A stretch of 63,717 nucleotides of DNA, counting the filler, from Welwitschia mirabilis (taxonomy: Eukaryota), in NCBI GenBank assembly GCA_051453625.1. It is 4 parts of one record of this genome, joined end to end, with 100 filler letters (N's around TTAATTAATTAA, not from the genome) between each part and the next. Parts side by side here need not be neighbours in the genome. Positions count along the whole stretch, not along the records: positions 25,352 to 46,626 come from JBOZIK010000001.1; 3 more parts are not named here. One strand, given 5' to 3'. The translations under genes were made by a program, and so were the position numbers. Under the pieces are notes generated by a model. That model saw only the letters and a program-made list of their open reading frames with translations, did not search any database and was not told where the DNA came from. Below are positions 26,282 to 41,079 of this stretch, piece after piece (position 1 is the first letter of the stretch; the number at the start of each line of letters is the position of its first letter).

Positions 26282-28372
26282 TAATATTATTACATTTTAA
26301 TGTTAAGCCTATTGTTCCCTCCATCATCTGGATGACCACCAAGATGACAGTACCACCAATTACTCTGCATGGGTGAAACATTTAATTATTTTTTTTATAT
26401 TTTTATTCTATATTTTGAGATTTTTTAGATTATTTTTAAGTTTACTTTATAGTTCCGTTATTGATTTCTTATTAGTCAATTTCGCCCATAATCATAGTTG
26501 CTTCCCTGGATTTATCAGGGACTAATAAGGCTAAGTAGGATGCTCTGTTGTGCTTCCAAATTATATGTATTTGATAGGATATTTTGAGTAGTTTTATAGG
26601 ACATTAGAGAGGTTTATTCTAAGTTTTAATGATAATGGAGAGCTAAGGCAAATATCACAAAATCACGCAATATTTATTACATTTGATATAATTTTAGAAA
26701 AATTACAATACTTTCTATTTAAAACAGTAATTATGTAATCAAAGAGGTTGATCTAACATAAGAAATATCTTTACAAATTCTATAATCCACCTTATCATCT
26801 AGATAATGGTATGAATGATAAAATAACTTATGCCGACTAAGATACTTACTGGACTAATTTAGTAGCTGATGTTGATATTGTATGATGTGGTATCCTCTCT
26901 TATGATATCCANNNNNCTAAAAGGACAACACCTAAATATAATTCTTCATCAGCCTTTACTAAACTTTCATGATGTATCATGCACTTTCTTTTGTGGGCAT
27001 TAGGGTTTTATCATGTTTGTTAGTGTTTGTTATTTGTAGTGTTTTTATTTGTAATAAAAACCTCCTTCATCCTTAACTTTGATTTTATCTTTTTTGGCAT
27101 TGAAAATTCTCATAATAGGAGATCAAAGAAGAGGATATCCATTTTATATTATTGCAGAGAGACATCTTCCTTGGTGTTAGGTTGTGTATCCTTCACTAAG
27201 GTACCGCTGCTTTGTAACATGAATGTTGGTTTGAATTAATCAAAACTCTATTTTTTTTTTGATATCATTTGTTNNNNNNNNNNNNNNNNNNNNNNNNNNN
27301 NNNNNNNNNNNNNNNNNNNNNNNNNNNNNNNNNNNNNNNNNNNNNNNNNNNNNNNNNNNNNNNNNNNNNNNNNNNNNNNNNNNNNNNNNNNNNNNNNNNN
27401 NNNNNNNNNNNNNNNNNNNNNNNNNNNNNNNNNNNNNNNNNNNNNNNNNNNNNNNNNNNNNNNNNNNNNNNNNNNNNNNNNNNNNNNNNNNNNNNNNNNN
27501 NNNNNNNNNNNNNNNNNNNNNNNNNNNNNNNNNNNNNNNNNNNNNNNNNNNNNNNNNNNNNNNNNNNNNNNNNNNNNNNNNNNNNNNNNNNNNNNNNNNN
27601 NNNNNNNNNNNNNNNNNNNNNNNNNNNNNNNNNNNNNNNNNNNNNNNNNNNNNNNNNNNNNNNNNNNNNNNNNNNNNNNNNNNNNNNNNNNNNNNNNNNN
27701 NNNNNNNNNNNNNNNNNNNNNNNNNNNNNNNNNNNNNNNNNNNNNNNNNNNNNNNNNNNNNNNNNNNNNNNNNNNNNNNNNNNNNNNNNNNNNNNNNNNN
27801 NNNNNNNNNNNNNNNNNNNNNNNNNNNNNNNNNNNNNNNNNNNNNNNNNNNNNNNNNNNNNNNNNNNNNNNNNNNNNNNNNNNNNNNNNNNNNNNNNNNN
27901 NNNNNNNNNNNNNNNNNNNNNNNNNNNNNNNNNNNNNNNNNNNNNNNNNNNNNNNNNNNNNNNNNNNNNNNNNNNNNNNNNNNNNNNNNNNNNNNNNNNN
28001 NNNNNNNNNNNNNNNNNNNNNNATTATATGTTAGTCTTGGTCTGGTGATGAGTTTCCTTAATTGATCTAGGTTATATAAAGCTAATCTCCATGACAAGTT
28101 AATTTAATAATTAAATAAATGTTGTGTTTAAAATAAATCTTGCATGTCTTTTGCATAATGTATTCATTAGCATTGTTATTTTGTTCTACTTAAAAAGTAC
28201 ATAAGTATCTTATTTAAAATCAATTCTTTTTTTCTCACCTATGAATTTGATGAAATTATGACATTCAAGTTCACTCTCATCGATATTAGTGTGTTATATT
28301 ATGCAATATATATTTGGTAATTTTTAGGATTTGTTTGAGGATATAACATTTGCATAAGTATGCATCACAATA
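26282..28372 (+). mobile_element. Athila-like LTR (contains an N gap)
   Basis: Collinear with the reverse complement of 42068-43795. It ends ...TATGCATCACAATA (the other copy ends ...TATGCACTGCAACA) immediately before the PBS. Confidence 0.75.
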
Positions 28373-28375
28373 TCT

Positions 28376-28393
28376 TGACACCATTGCTAGGAA
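28376..28393 (+). promoter_or_regulatory. Athila-type primer-binding site, deaminated
   Basis: TGACACCATTGCTAGGAA differs from the Athila consensus TGGCGCCGTTGCCGGGGA only by G>A and C>T transitions. Confidence 0.8.
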
Positions 28394-28899
28394 AGGCTGC
28401 TTATAATTTAAGGATTGTTATTACCTAGATAAGTAGTTTGGCTTTTGGTTAAAGTATTTATCTAGAGTATAATTTTAATAGTGAAACTATAGGTTTTTCT
28501 TTCCACATTTTCTGCTTTGCATTTTGAAAATAATGCCTTATTGTCTAGATGATATGCAGCGATGATGACCCATGAAACTAGGGTTTTCATTTTCATAAAA
28601 ACTAGGCTTTTTCTTATCCTCCTCCTTATCTTTCAAATAACTTAGCGGACAATTATCAGTTCTCATTCTGTGTTATTTTATTTTTTGTATNNNNNNNNNN
28701 NNNNNNNNNNNNNNNNNNNNNNNNNNNNNNNNNNNNNNNNNNNNNNNNNNNNNNNNNNNNNNNNNNNNNNNNNNNNNNNNNNNNNNNNNNTGTGTTATTT
28801 TATTTTTTGTATTTTTCATTTTTGGGTTTTTTGAGTCTTTTGTTGTCCAGGTACATTGTCTGAATAATCACAAAGATAACATTATAAAAATAGAACTAA

Positions 28900-31800
28900 G
28901 CATGTTCAGATATGATAAACTCTAGTAAAAAGAATAAGTATCAAAGAAGTGGCTGCTGATTAAAGAAAACATTTAAAAAGTTTTGATTAACTAAAAATTA
29001 AACCAAGGTGCGCACATGTCAGATATGGAAAATATTTTAAGAATTGAGAAATAAGATTTTTTTCATTTATTATTTTTGAATCTAATTTTCCAAAGAAAAT
29101 TTTTTAAAAGAAAGTTTAGAATAAAATGGTTTTATTTCAATGTTGAATTCTATGTAAAAATAAGAACAAGTAGCTTCACCTAGTCCTCCTATCATGATAG
29201 AAACCTCTACTATTCCCATAAGTCCAAATGCTAATGTCATTCTTAAAGAACTAATTGCAAATAAAAATCATGCATCCAAAATCTTTTTAACCTACCTCCT
29301 GATGATGATGTCAAGTTNNNNNNNNNNNNNNNNNNNNNNNNNNNNNNNNNNNNNNNNNNNNNNNNNNNNNNNNNNNNNNNNNNNNNNNNNNNNNNNNNNN
29401 NNNNNNNNNNNNNNNNNNNNNNNTTAGTGATTATACTTATATAGCTATCTTTCCCATCATACTAAAAAAAAAAAAAAGCAAAAAATTATGGCTAAGAACT
29501 ATTCCTCATAAAATCTTAAAAATATGGAACCAAGTTTAAGAAGCATTTAAAAAAAGATTTATTAGTAAAACAACAATAAGAAAAAGAAAGAAAGAGATAA
29601 CAAATTTCTAGTGACAACCTAATAAAGAATATGCCACCATTTATGAATGATTTTTCATTGCAATTCAGTCTAATCCCATTGATGCATTCACTTAAGAAGA
29701 ATTAATAGACTATTTCTATAGTAAAATAAGAAAAGGAGGAAGTGAAAATGAAAAAATAGTAAAACAAGAAAAGGAGGAAGTGAAAATGAAAAAAAAACCA
29801 ATAAATTAATTAATAATTTCTTAAAAACATTAGAAAAATACCCTTAAATGATTTTAGATGCAAAAGTGGCAACTGAAAAGAATGTGGTTCCAACTTGTGA
29901 TTTGTGTAAAGACAACTATCATATGACTAAACAATGTCCTTTATTACTAACTTATAAAGAAAAAATTTATGAAGAAGTATGTGCTTTTAACCAAAAATCT
30001 TCAAAATTTAGAAATAAAAAATTAAATCAAAACCAATTTCAACCTAGAATGGATGAGCAACCTAGCTTTCAATATTTTGAGAATAAATTCAAGAACTTTC
30101 AAACAAATCATCCAAATTTCCAATGATTTAGAAATAGATTTGAGAATGCTAACTTTCAATCAAATAACTCAAAGTTCTAATCAAGTAGCTAAATTATCAA
30201 GAAAGTACATCAAATTCTCAAAGTCAAAATGATTTACTTAGAAATTCCATTGATGAATTAAGAAAATCTCAATAGAGGACAAACTCAAACATTGAAAATG
30301 TAATGAATGTTCTTCAATAAACTATGCTTGAAAATCAAAGAACATAAGGGTCATTTGCAACACAACCTTTACCAAACCCAAATAAAGTAAAAAATTATTG
30401 GAAAGTTGGAAATAATACAAAAATTCCTACCCATAAGGCTTTAACTTTTAAAAATGATAAGAAAGATGAAGAAAAAGAAAAGGATATTAAAATATTTGAA
30501 AATCATACCTTCCCTTCTCCTTTAAGTGATAAGCTTCATAAGAAGAATTCTTTGTAAGATAAAGGAAAGAAAGTTTCTACTTCTTGGCTTGATAGATTAA
30601 ATACTAATCCTACTTTTAATGATCATCTTAAAGCCTTAATGCAATATGTGAGTATAAACTTACTATTTTGGAAACTCTTGCAATAAAATCCTACATATTA
30701 TAAGTTATAAAAAGATGTAATTAGAAGGAAATAAAAATAAACTATACCTAGTAAAGTCTTCTTAGCCAAATCTATAACCAATTTAATTTTACAAAAATAT
30801 TTTAAATTTAATGATCCAAGGGTAGTAATGGTTAGTACCATATTAGAAGAAAATAAAGGAATAAAGAAATCCTTAATTAATATAGAAGAAAGTGTTCATA
30901 TTATGCCTTTACATATTTATCAACAACTTGGTTTGAAAAGTAGAATTGATAGATACATCAGTTAAAAAACCTTTAGGAATAATAAATGATTTGGTAATTT
31001 AAATTAAAAAAGAATTCTATCCAATAGATGTAGTTGTAAATAAAGTTGATCATAATGAAGGTTATCCACTACTTCTAGGTAGAGTATTTTATGAAACAAC
31101 CCATTGTATTATTAATACAAGAACAAGAATGACAGAATGTCTTTTAGAAAATAAAAATCTTACCATTAGAGTTTTTGATGAAATTGAAAAAGACTTAGGT
31201 GATGACTAGAATGTAGAAGAAGAAATTAAGTCAACATTATTTTTACAGCATTATTCCCTTAAATAGATATGGTTAATGCTTCATAAGACTACCTTATATG
31301 ATGATGTACTTGAATTAGAAAACTTGAAGAATTTGATGATGAAGAAATTAACTATGAAAATTTCAGAATAGACTACTTTAATCAAGAGAGTAAAGAAACT
31401 AAAAGTATAATCTATGAAGAAGTCAAACATCTAAAAATAATTAAGATTCTATATTTTGAGGGAAGTCATCTATCCTATCATCTAGACGATGGTTTGAGAT
31501 GATAATCAACTCTAAGAAAAAATTAATATAAACCAAAAATCTAAATTTAAATCTAAAAACTTTATCTAATGAACTAAAATATATCTTTCTATATGATGAT
31601 TAGAATAAACCATTAATAATTAATAAGAATCTTTTCCCTCAATAAGAATCAATTTTAATCTCACTTTTAAACTCACAAANNNNNNNNAACCATTCTTGCT
31701 TCCATTGTTTAACATAAAATCTACCTTGAGGATAATGCAAAACTGGTTAGGCAACACCAAGACTAAATTAATCTCTTAAACAAGTTATAAAAGATGAAAT

Positions 31801-34665
31801 CATTAAATAAAGGAATGATAGAATTATTCATGCCATATTTGATACTGAGTGGGTGAGCCTTTTGACAATAGTGCCTAAGAAAGATGATAAGTGAAGAATG
31901 TGTATTAATTTTAGGAATCTAAATAAAGTAATAAAGAAAGACCATTGTTCTTTATCTTTTCTTGACAAAATACTTAATAGAATCTAAACACATGCCTTTT
32001 ATTACTTTCTTGATGGGTATAATGATTACAATTAGGTTTGTATAGCTAGTGAGAGTCAAGAAAAAATAACTTTTACTTTATCTTTTGAAACATTTGCTTG
32101 TAGATGCATGCCTTTTAGATTTTGTAATGCTCCTAGTACTTTTTAACTTGTAATAATAAGTATCTTTTTTGATATGTTGGATGACTTAATTAAAATTTTT
32201 ATGGATCAAATCTCAATCTTTCATGAAAACTTTAAATAAATCCTAGAAACATTAGAGAAACTCCTTGATAGATGCATTGAGAGTGACATACATTTTAGTT
32301 GGAAGAAGAGTTTCTTTATAGTTGATAATGGAATTATCTTAGATCATTACATTTCTAATAAAAAATTAGAATAAACCCTAAAAAATAAGTATCACTAAAA
32401 ATATAACTCCTCTAATAAATGTGAAACAAGTTCAATTGTTTTTTAGTCATTGTAGATTTTATCATTATTTTATTTTGGATTATACTAAAATTTATAAACC
32501 CCTTTACTTGTTACTTAAAAAAGAAGCTAAATTTAAATGGAATGAATCTTTTCAACTTGCTTTTAAAGCACTTAAAGATAAAATCTCTTTCACACCTATT
32601 ATAATAGGACTCAATTAGAATAAATATTTTAAATTAATATGTGATTCTAGTAATATTGTTGTGAGCGAGATTCTTGGACAAAAGTATGTAAATGATTTTA
32701 AAGTTTTATCTTATCATAGTAAAACTTTATCTAAATCTCAATTAAATTATGGTACCACTAGGAAAGAAATGTTAGCCATAATATTTTTCCTTAATAATCT
32801 TAAAAGACTATCTTTTAGATTTACATATAAATGTTTATACCAATCATGTATCTATTAGATACATCATAACCAATAAAGATTCTAGTGCTAGACTCATTTG
32901 ATGAATCCTCCTCATGTAAGACTTTAATCTTACCATTATTGATAAAGCATGGAAACATAAGAGTGTATCATATCATTTATCACATCTTTCTTCTTCTCTT
33001 GACGATCTTATGATTGATGATTCTTTTTTAGATGAATAACTTTTTATCATATCTTCTACTCATCCTCTTCCTTGTTATGATAACATAGTTAATTATCTTA
33101 TTACTATTAAGACACCATAACATTGAAGTCATAATCAAATAAAATATCTTTTCCCATTGAATAAGTGATTATGAATGGATAGAGCTACAACTTTATGATA
33201 GATGCAAAGACTAAATCATGAGAAAATGTATGTCTAAATAAGAAAAATTAAACATCTTTTTTTTTTTTTTTNNNNNNNNNNNNNNNNNNNNNNNNNNNNN
33301 NNNNNNNNNNNNNNNNNNNNNNNNNNNNNNNNNNNNNNNNNNNNNNNNNNNNNNNNNNNNNNNNNNNNNNNTGATTCTTTTTTTGAATGAATAACTTTTT
33401 ATCATATCTTCTACTCATCCTCTTCCTTATTATGATAAGATAGCTAATTATCTTGTTACTATTAAGACATCACAACATTTAAGTCATAATCAAAGAAAAT
33501 ATCTTTTCCCATTGAATAAGTGATTATGAATGAATAGAGCTACAACTTTATCCTAGATGCAAAGACTAAATCATGAGAAAATGTATGCCTAAATAATAGA
33601 AATTAAACATATTTTATTTTTGTAATAGATGTTTGTATAGATCATTTTATTGNNNNNNNNNNNNNNNNNNNNNNNNNNNNNNNNNNNNNNNNNNNNNNNN
33701 NNNNNNNNNNNNNNNNNNNNNNNNNNNNNNNNNNNNNNNNNNNNNNNNNNNNNNNNNNNNNNNNNNNNNNNNNNNNNNNNNNNNNNNNNNNNNNNNNNNN
33801 NNNNNNNNNNNNNNNNNNNNNNNNNNNNNNNNNNNNNNNNNNNNNNNNNNNNNNNNNNNNNNNNNNNNNNNNNNNNNNNNNNNNNNNNNNNNNNNNNNNN
33901 NNNNNNNNNNNNNNNNNNNNNNNNNNNNNNNNNNNNNNNNNNNNNNNNNNNNNNNNNNNNNNNNNNNNNNNNNNNNNNNNNNNNNNNNNNNNNNNNNNNN
34001 NNNNNNNNNNNNNNNNNNNNNNNNNNNNNNNNNNNNNNNNNNNNNNNNNNNNNNNNNNNNNNNNNNNNNNNNNNNNNNNNNNNNNNNNNNNNNNNNNNNN
34101 NNNNNNNNNNNNNNNNNNNNNNNNNNNNNNNNNNNNNNNNNNNNNNNNNNNNNNNNNNNNNNNNNNNNNNNNNNNNNNNNNNNNNNNNNNNNNNNNNNNN
34201 NNNNNNNNNNNNNNNNNNNNNNNNNNNNNNNNNNNNNNNNNNNNNNNNNNNNNNNNNNNNNNNNNNNNNNNNNNNNNNNNNNNNNNNNNNNNNNNNNNNN
34301 NNNNNNNNNNNNNNNNNNNNNNNNNNNNNNNNNNNNNNNNNNNNNNNNNNNNNNNNNNNNNNNNNNNNNNNNNNNNNNNNNNNNNNNNNNNNNNNNNNNN
34401 NNNNNNNNNNNNNNNNNNNNNNNNNNNNNNNNNNNNNNNNNNNNNNNNNNNNNNNNNNNNNNNNNNNNNNNNNNNNNNNNNNNNNNNNNNNNNNNNNNNN
34501 NNNNNNNNNNNNNNNNNNNNNNNNNNNNNNNNNNNNNNNNNNNNNNNNNNNNNGGTTCTTATCCTATAAAGAAAGTACATTCTGATAGATCTATTAATAT
34601 TCTTAACTTAAACATTAGAGAGATTTAAAAATTTAATAGATAAAGGTTGAAATTATATAAACATC
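28900..34665 (+). pseudogene. gag-pol: Degenerate Athila-like Ty3/gypsy gag-PR-RT-RNaseH-INT
   Basis: Gag knuckle CDLCKDNYHMTKQCP (ORF 29848). Protease LINIEESVHIMPL...PLLLGR at ~30870-31085. RT EWVSLLTIVPKKDDK*RMCINFRNLNK, FLDGY and IFMDQ at ~31845-32210. RNaseH CDSSN...LGQK...NYGTTRKEMLAI at ~32640-32780. The integrase is mostly in a gap, with its C-terminal RLK motif at ~34645. Confidence 0.93.
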
Positions 34666-37600
34666 TTTTGATGCAACCTTGAACATAATAGAAGTACTTG
34701 TCTTAGAGGTTCCTCTTAATGAGGAGGAATTTCTCCCTTCCATTGTTTAAATTCTCTCTTAGTTAATTCCTTTGGTGGATGTTATGATATCATTTGATCA
34801 TCTTTAACTTAACTTATGTATTTGTTTTATGAAGTTTGTGTGACTGGTATTTGTATTTGGATGTTTTACAGTGGTGAGATTTAATTCACCTAATCTTAAT
34901 ACATTCACATGTTTATGAACTTCATTTTCAAAGGAGATATCTTGGTTTTTTTATTTTTCTTAATGGTATTAGGTCTTTGATTGTTTAGGTGTNNNNNNNN
35001 NNNNNNNNNNNNNNNNNNNNNNNNNNNNNNNNNNNNNNNNNNNNNNNNNNNNNNNNNNNNNNNNNNNNNNNNNNNNNNNNNNNNNNNNNNNNNNNNNNNN
35101 NNNNGATTCATTGTATTTGTGGTAAAATACATGGTAACTATGTTGTACCATTGCATTAAGGTAATTTTTTTTCAAAAGGAATATTTGGTAGTATTAATAG
35201 CTATGCGAATTTCACTAGGGAGTTAATTGGTTATGCTTCATGGGTTTTTTCTGACTATGATTGCACTCCTTCATTATGAAAAGTAATAATAAAACTTTAA
35301 GGATATGGAATCAGTAGTGTTATTAGAGGTATTACTTATTTTCTAGACTCTTAGTAGTCCCATATGATCATTGCACTTTTGAGGATTTAGGTGTGTTTNN
35401 NNNNNNNNNNNNNNNNNNNNNNNNNNNNNNNNNNNNNNNNNNNNNNNNNNNNNNNNNNNNNNNNNNNNNNNNNNNNNNNNNNNNNNNNNNNNNNNNNNTT
35501 GCATTAAGTTAATTTTTTTTCAAAGGAACCTTTGGTAGTATTGGTAGCCATGTGAACTCCACTAGGGAGTCAATTGGTTATGCTTCATGGGTCCTTATTT
35601 TTCTAATTATGATTGCACTCCCCTCATTATGAAAATTAATAATAAAACTTTAAGGATATGGGATCAACACTGTCATTAGAGGCATTACTTATTTTTTAGA
35701 ATCTTAGTATTCCCATATGATCATTTCACTTTTGAGGATTTGGGTGTGTTTTAGGGTGTGAGTAGGTGNNNNNNNNNNNNNNNNNNNNNNNNNNNNNNNN
35801 NNNNNNNNNNNNNNNNNNNNNNNNNNNNNNNNNNNNNNNNNNNNNNNNNNNNNNNNNNNNNNNNNNNNNNNNNNNNNNNNNNNNNNNNNNNNNNNNNNNN
35901 NNNNNNNNNNNNNNNNNNNNNNNNNNNNNNNNNNNNNNNNNNNNNNNNNNNNNNNNNNNNNNNNNNNNNNNNNNNNNNNNNNNNNNNNNNNNNNNNNNNN
36001 NNNNNNNNNNNNNNNNNNNNNNNNNNNNNNNNNNNNNNNNNNNNNNNNNNNNNNNNNNNNNNNNNNNNNNNNNNNNNNNNNNNNNNNNNNNNNNNNNNNN
36101 NNNNNNNNNNNNNNNNNNTTATTAGAGGTATTACTTATTTTCTAGACTCTTAGTATTCCCATATGATCATTTCACTTTTGAGGATTTAGGTGTGTTTTCA
36201 GGTGTGAGTAGGTGAGTTTATTTCTAAGTAGCTTTTAGTCTTATCATTTATTATTTTAAGTACTTAATCTTTGGTGTCATCATAATCATTGACTTTTTGA
36301 GTGAAACTTTATGGATTCAATAGATTTTATCATGCATATTTACTTAGATGGCTTTATGATGTCTTCTGAGGCACTTTTCTAAGTTAGAGTTTAGGCTAGG
36401 TATGCTATATTTTTCATGTTTGTAGTTGTCTATTTTAATTTTGTTTTTCTTTGGTTATTAGTTTTGTTATTTCAAACTTATTTTTATACTTTTTCATCAT
36501 CATTTTTAGGACTTTATCATTTAATAGTTTTCTTATTATTATTTTCATTTTTACTTGTGTTATTTTATCAATAAAAGTTGACTTTCTTTTAGCCTTTTGA
36601 CTAGATGATATTTTCTTATGATTAAATGATTTCCTTTATGTTGTTTCTTTACATTTTTTAAGTTCTACATATTTTTCATAATTATTTTTCGTAATAATTT
36701 TTTAATTTAGGCACATCAGTGCAATTTTACTTATTACAATTCATCCTACTTAGTGCATTTTCGTCATTTGATATTTTAATTTCTTTTTTGGAGTATTTCC
36801 TCATGTTAGACCCTTATTCATCATAATTCTTTATCATTTCCTATCTTTTGGATTTTCTAATAAATTCTAATACCTTCATGCTAATATCTAAGCCTAATGT
36901 ATTTAGTTGACATCTTTATTTTTATAAAATTTTTCAAAGTCTAATTATCTACCATGTTGTCTAAATAACAAGGTGGATGAAAGATGGGATTATTTTTAAT
37001 AGTCATCCTAAGGTTGTCATCTAGATGATTTAACTAGATGACAGTGTGATAAAATTATGGGTTAATCTTCTTTTCCACCATTTTCCTTCATTCTTGCATC
37101 GTTTTCTTCCATCTTTTGAGAGATGGTCATCATAACAGAGTCCATTGACATTTTGTATGTTTCACCTGTGAGTTTAACACCCTAGATTGTGAGATTTGAG
37201 CGAATTTTTCAAAATGAGTTTTATTTTCTCCCTTATTGTTTTTGTTTTTCCCCCCTATTTTTGAGCCTTTTAGTGCATATTTTCNNNNNNNNNNNNNNNN
37301 NNNNNNNNNNNNNNNNNNNNNNNNNNNNNNNNNNNNNNNNNNNNNNNNNNNNNNNNNNNNNNNNNNNNNNNNNNNNNNNNNNNNNNNNNNNNNNNNNNNN
37401 NNNNNNNNNNNNNNNNNNNNNNNNNNNNNNNNNNNNNNNNNNNNNNNNNNNNNNNNNNNNNNNNNNNNNNNNNNNNNNNNNNNNNNNNNNNNNNNNNNNN
37501 NNNNNNNNNNNNNNNNNNNNNNNNNNNNNNNNNNNNNNNNNNNNNNNNNNNNNNNNNNNNNNNNNNNNNNNNNNNNNNNNNNNNNNNNNNNNNNNNNNNN

Positions 37601-38469
37601 NNNNNNNNNNNNNNNNNNNNNNNNNNNNNNNNNNNNNNNNNNNNNNNNNNNNNNNNNNNNNNNNNNNNNNNNNNNNNNNNNNNNNNNNNNNNNNNNNNNN
37701 NNNNNNNNNNNNNNNNNNNNNNNNNNNNNNNNNNNNNNNNNNNNNNNNNNNNNNNNNNNNNNNNNNNNNNNNNNNNNNNNNNNNNNNNNNNNNNNNNNNN
37801 NNNNNNNNNNNNNNNNNNNNNNNNNNNNNNNNNNNNNNNNNNNNNNNNNNNNNNNNNNNNNNNNNNNNNNNNNNNNNNNNNNNNNNNNNNNNNNNNNNNN
37901 NNNNNNNNNNNNNNNNNNNNNNNNNNNNNNNNNNNNNNNNNNNNNNNNNNNNNNNNNNNNNNNNNNNNNNNNNNNNNNNNNNNNNNNNNNNNNNNNNNNN
38001 NNNNNNNNNNNNNNNNNNNNNNNNNNNNNNNNNNNNNNNNNNNNNNNNNNNNNNNNNNNNNNNNNNNNNNNNNNNNNNNNNNNNTATAATTAGGTTTCGC
38101 TCTTTAAATCTCATTCTCTCAAAAATTATTAGCTAAAACATAGCAGCCATTATAGGTAAAATTGATTATTATGACAAACTATACACTTCTACTAGATTAG
38201 ATTTTTAATTTGAGCACTTTCATTTTTTTACCTTTTAAGGGGCCAACCTATTTTACACTTTTTGCTTTTTCTCACATTTCAAACTTTTTCTTCACATGAT
38301 TAGATAATATAGGAATATTACTTCTCTTAAGAGGGATGAGGACATATTTTCATAATTTTTATGCATAAAAACTGATTTTTGAGGTTATGTAGTGCTTCTA
38401 TGTGATACATTTTAGTGATTTTCACTTGATTTCGCATGATGCACTTTGTGTTTGTAATTGATTAGGCCA

Positions 38470-40130
38470 TGCATACAATAATCTAGATAGATTGAGGAAG
38501 AGGCTGAAGTATTAGAGTAGGAGGAAAGATCCTTGATATCACCTAAAATTAAGCATGTAAGCTAGTTCACCCTCCACCTCGCCAAGCTCAATCCCTTTTC
38601 ATTTAGATAAATTCCATGAATAGAGAGATATGTTGGAAATTTTATGAGTAGGATAGATCTAGAGATGAATTAGAGATTGATATATATCTTTAGTTTAGTT
38701 GAACTTTAAATGCACAAAAATCTTATCATGCCTCAGAGATTAGAGAATTGTATGACATCATGCACATTAAGGGTGATTCGACGCTCATGGTCACTTAGTC
38801 AACATGATTATAGCTACTATTTGAAGCCATGACATATCTATTCTTTCAAGCCATATTGCTACTTTTACTAACTTAGATGGCATTAGGAGTATAATATTCA
38901 CTTAACTGGTGGAACAAAGAAGTGTTGTGTTTATTGTATAACATTAGATATTCCAACTGATGCTACTAGTAATAGGCTAGAACTTTTGATGATGCATCTT
39001 TACCTACCTATTAAATTCTTCATAAAGGATTAATTCATTATATCAACTTCATAATTATGTAATAGTCATGTCATGGTAGTTCATCTTTAGATGCTAGTAG
39101 TGTTTACATAGAGAGAGTAGATGACTTATCAAGTTTTATTTAGAGGAGACTAAGGACCATGATTGAGGCTTGATATCTACAGACTTTGGTATATTCATTC
39201 CTTCTCTTATTAATGTTTAGATACTTCAATATACGTAAGCTCATAAGTGAGTAAAGATTTATACATCTACATNNNNNNNNNNNNNNNNNNNNNNNNNNNN
39301 NNNNNNNNNNNNNNNNNNNNNNNNNNNNNNNNNNNNNNNNNNNNNNNNNNNNNNNNNNNNNNNNNNNNNNNNNNATTGAGCATAGTGTAATAGTTGACAT
39401 CCCAAGACCATTAGAGTATAGGGAGATGAGGCTACATGCTCCATCATGACAACACTTAACCATTGTTTCTGTGTAGATCCCAAGCATCCTCCATCTTCTC
39501 CACCTACACCTAAGCCTGCTACACATTAGGAATTTATTTGATATGATGAAGGGAGTGATTTATTATATTATATTATGTATCTTTCCTCTATGGATTGTAT
39601 TAAAAAATCATTATTTTATATAGACATCAATTTTTGAGTATCATTATTCTATCCACTTTTATTTTTAAGATTGTTGCACATCATTTACATATTATTGAGA
39701 CATTTCATTATGATGATTTTTTTATTACATATGATNNNNNNNNNNNNNNNNNNNNNNNNNNNNNNNNNNNNNNNNNNNNNNNNNNNNNNNNNNNNNNNNN
39801 NNNNNNNNNNNNNNNNNNNNNNNNNNNNNNNNNNNAGAGAGGCCATGGACCAAGGCTTAACTGAGATATAATAGATGATATCGATAGCTGAGAGGAGAGT
39901 TTAGCACACCAAGAAGTATCTAATGAACGTGCATCATTACATATTATGCATTGAGCACAGTGTAATAGTTGACATCCCAAATACCATTAGAGTATAAGGA
40001 GATGAGGCTACATGCTCCATCATGATAACACTTGACCATTGTTTCTATGTAGGTCCTAAGCATCCTCCATCTTCTTCACCTATACCTAAGCCTGCTACAC
40101 ATTAGGAATTTATTTGATATAATGAAGGGA
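38470..40130 (+). pseudogene. Putative degenerate extra 3' ORF (env-like position) of the Athila-like element
   Basis: A more balanced, coding-like composition follows a long T-rich post-pol spacer and precedes the PPT. It ends in Pro-rich PSSPPTPKPA. The position matches the Athila/errantivirus extra ORF. No open frame survives. Confidence 0.45.
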
Positions 40131-40321
40131 GTGATTTATTATATTATATTATGTATATTTCCTCTGTGGATTATATTAAAAACTCATGATTTTATATAAA
40201 AAATCATTTTTTGATTATCATTATTCTATTCACTTTTATTTATAAGATTATTGCACATCATTTACATATTATTGAGACATTTTATTATGATGATTTTTTC
40301 TGTTACATATGATTAAGGAGC

Positions 40322-40882
40322 TTAATATTATTATGTTTTAATGTTTATCATTTTGAAAAATTTTTTATAGGATTCTATTTTTTAAGAATAACTTTTGAGC
40401 TTATCATCCCCTCCATCATCTGTATAGTCACTAGGANNNNNNNNNNNNNNNNNNNNNNNNNNNNNNNNNNNNNNNNNNNNNNNNNNNNNNNNNNNNNNNN
40501 NNNNNNNNNNNNNNNNNNNNNNNNNNNNNNNNNNNNNNNNNNNNNNNNNNNNNNNNNNNNNNNNNNNNNNNNNNNNNNNNNNNNNNNNNNNNNNNNNNNN
40601 NNNNNNNNNNNNNNNNNNNNNNNNNNNNNNNNNNNNNNNNNNNNNNNNNNNNNNNNNNNNNNNNNNNNNNNNNNNNNNNNNNNNNNNNNNNNNNNNNNNN
40701 NNNNNNNNNNNNNNNNNNNNNNNNNNNNNNNTAAGAAATATATAATAAAAACTTATAATATTCATTACATTTAATAGCATTTTAGGTAAATTACAATACT
40801 TCTTATTTGAAGCAATAATCCTATAATCAAAGAGGATAATTTAATACAAGAAATATATTTATAAAGTTCATTATCCATCTTA
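40322..40882 (+). mobile_element. Truncated 3' LTR of the plus-strand Athila-like element
   Basis: TTAATATTATTATGTTTTAATG and CCCTCCATCATCTG match the LTR start at 26282. 40735-40882 matches ~26650-26795, after which homology stops. Confidence 0.75.
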
Positions 40883-41079
40883 TGGGAGAATTTAAAAGAA
40901 CTCATGCTAAAACAAGAATCATTATGCTAGCTTAATAGCTAGCCCATTACTATAGGAGGCTTTGAAAGAACTCATGACTAAAGCTTCAATCTCTTTAACA
41001 ATGATATAATGGTCTGATAGTGAAGTGATGTCAAGTTTTTATAGGCTAAAATTATGATTTATAATTAGTTTTTAAAGTC

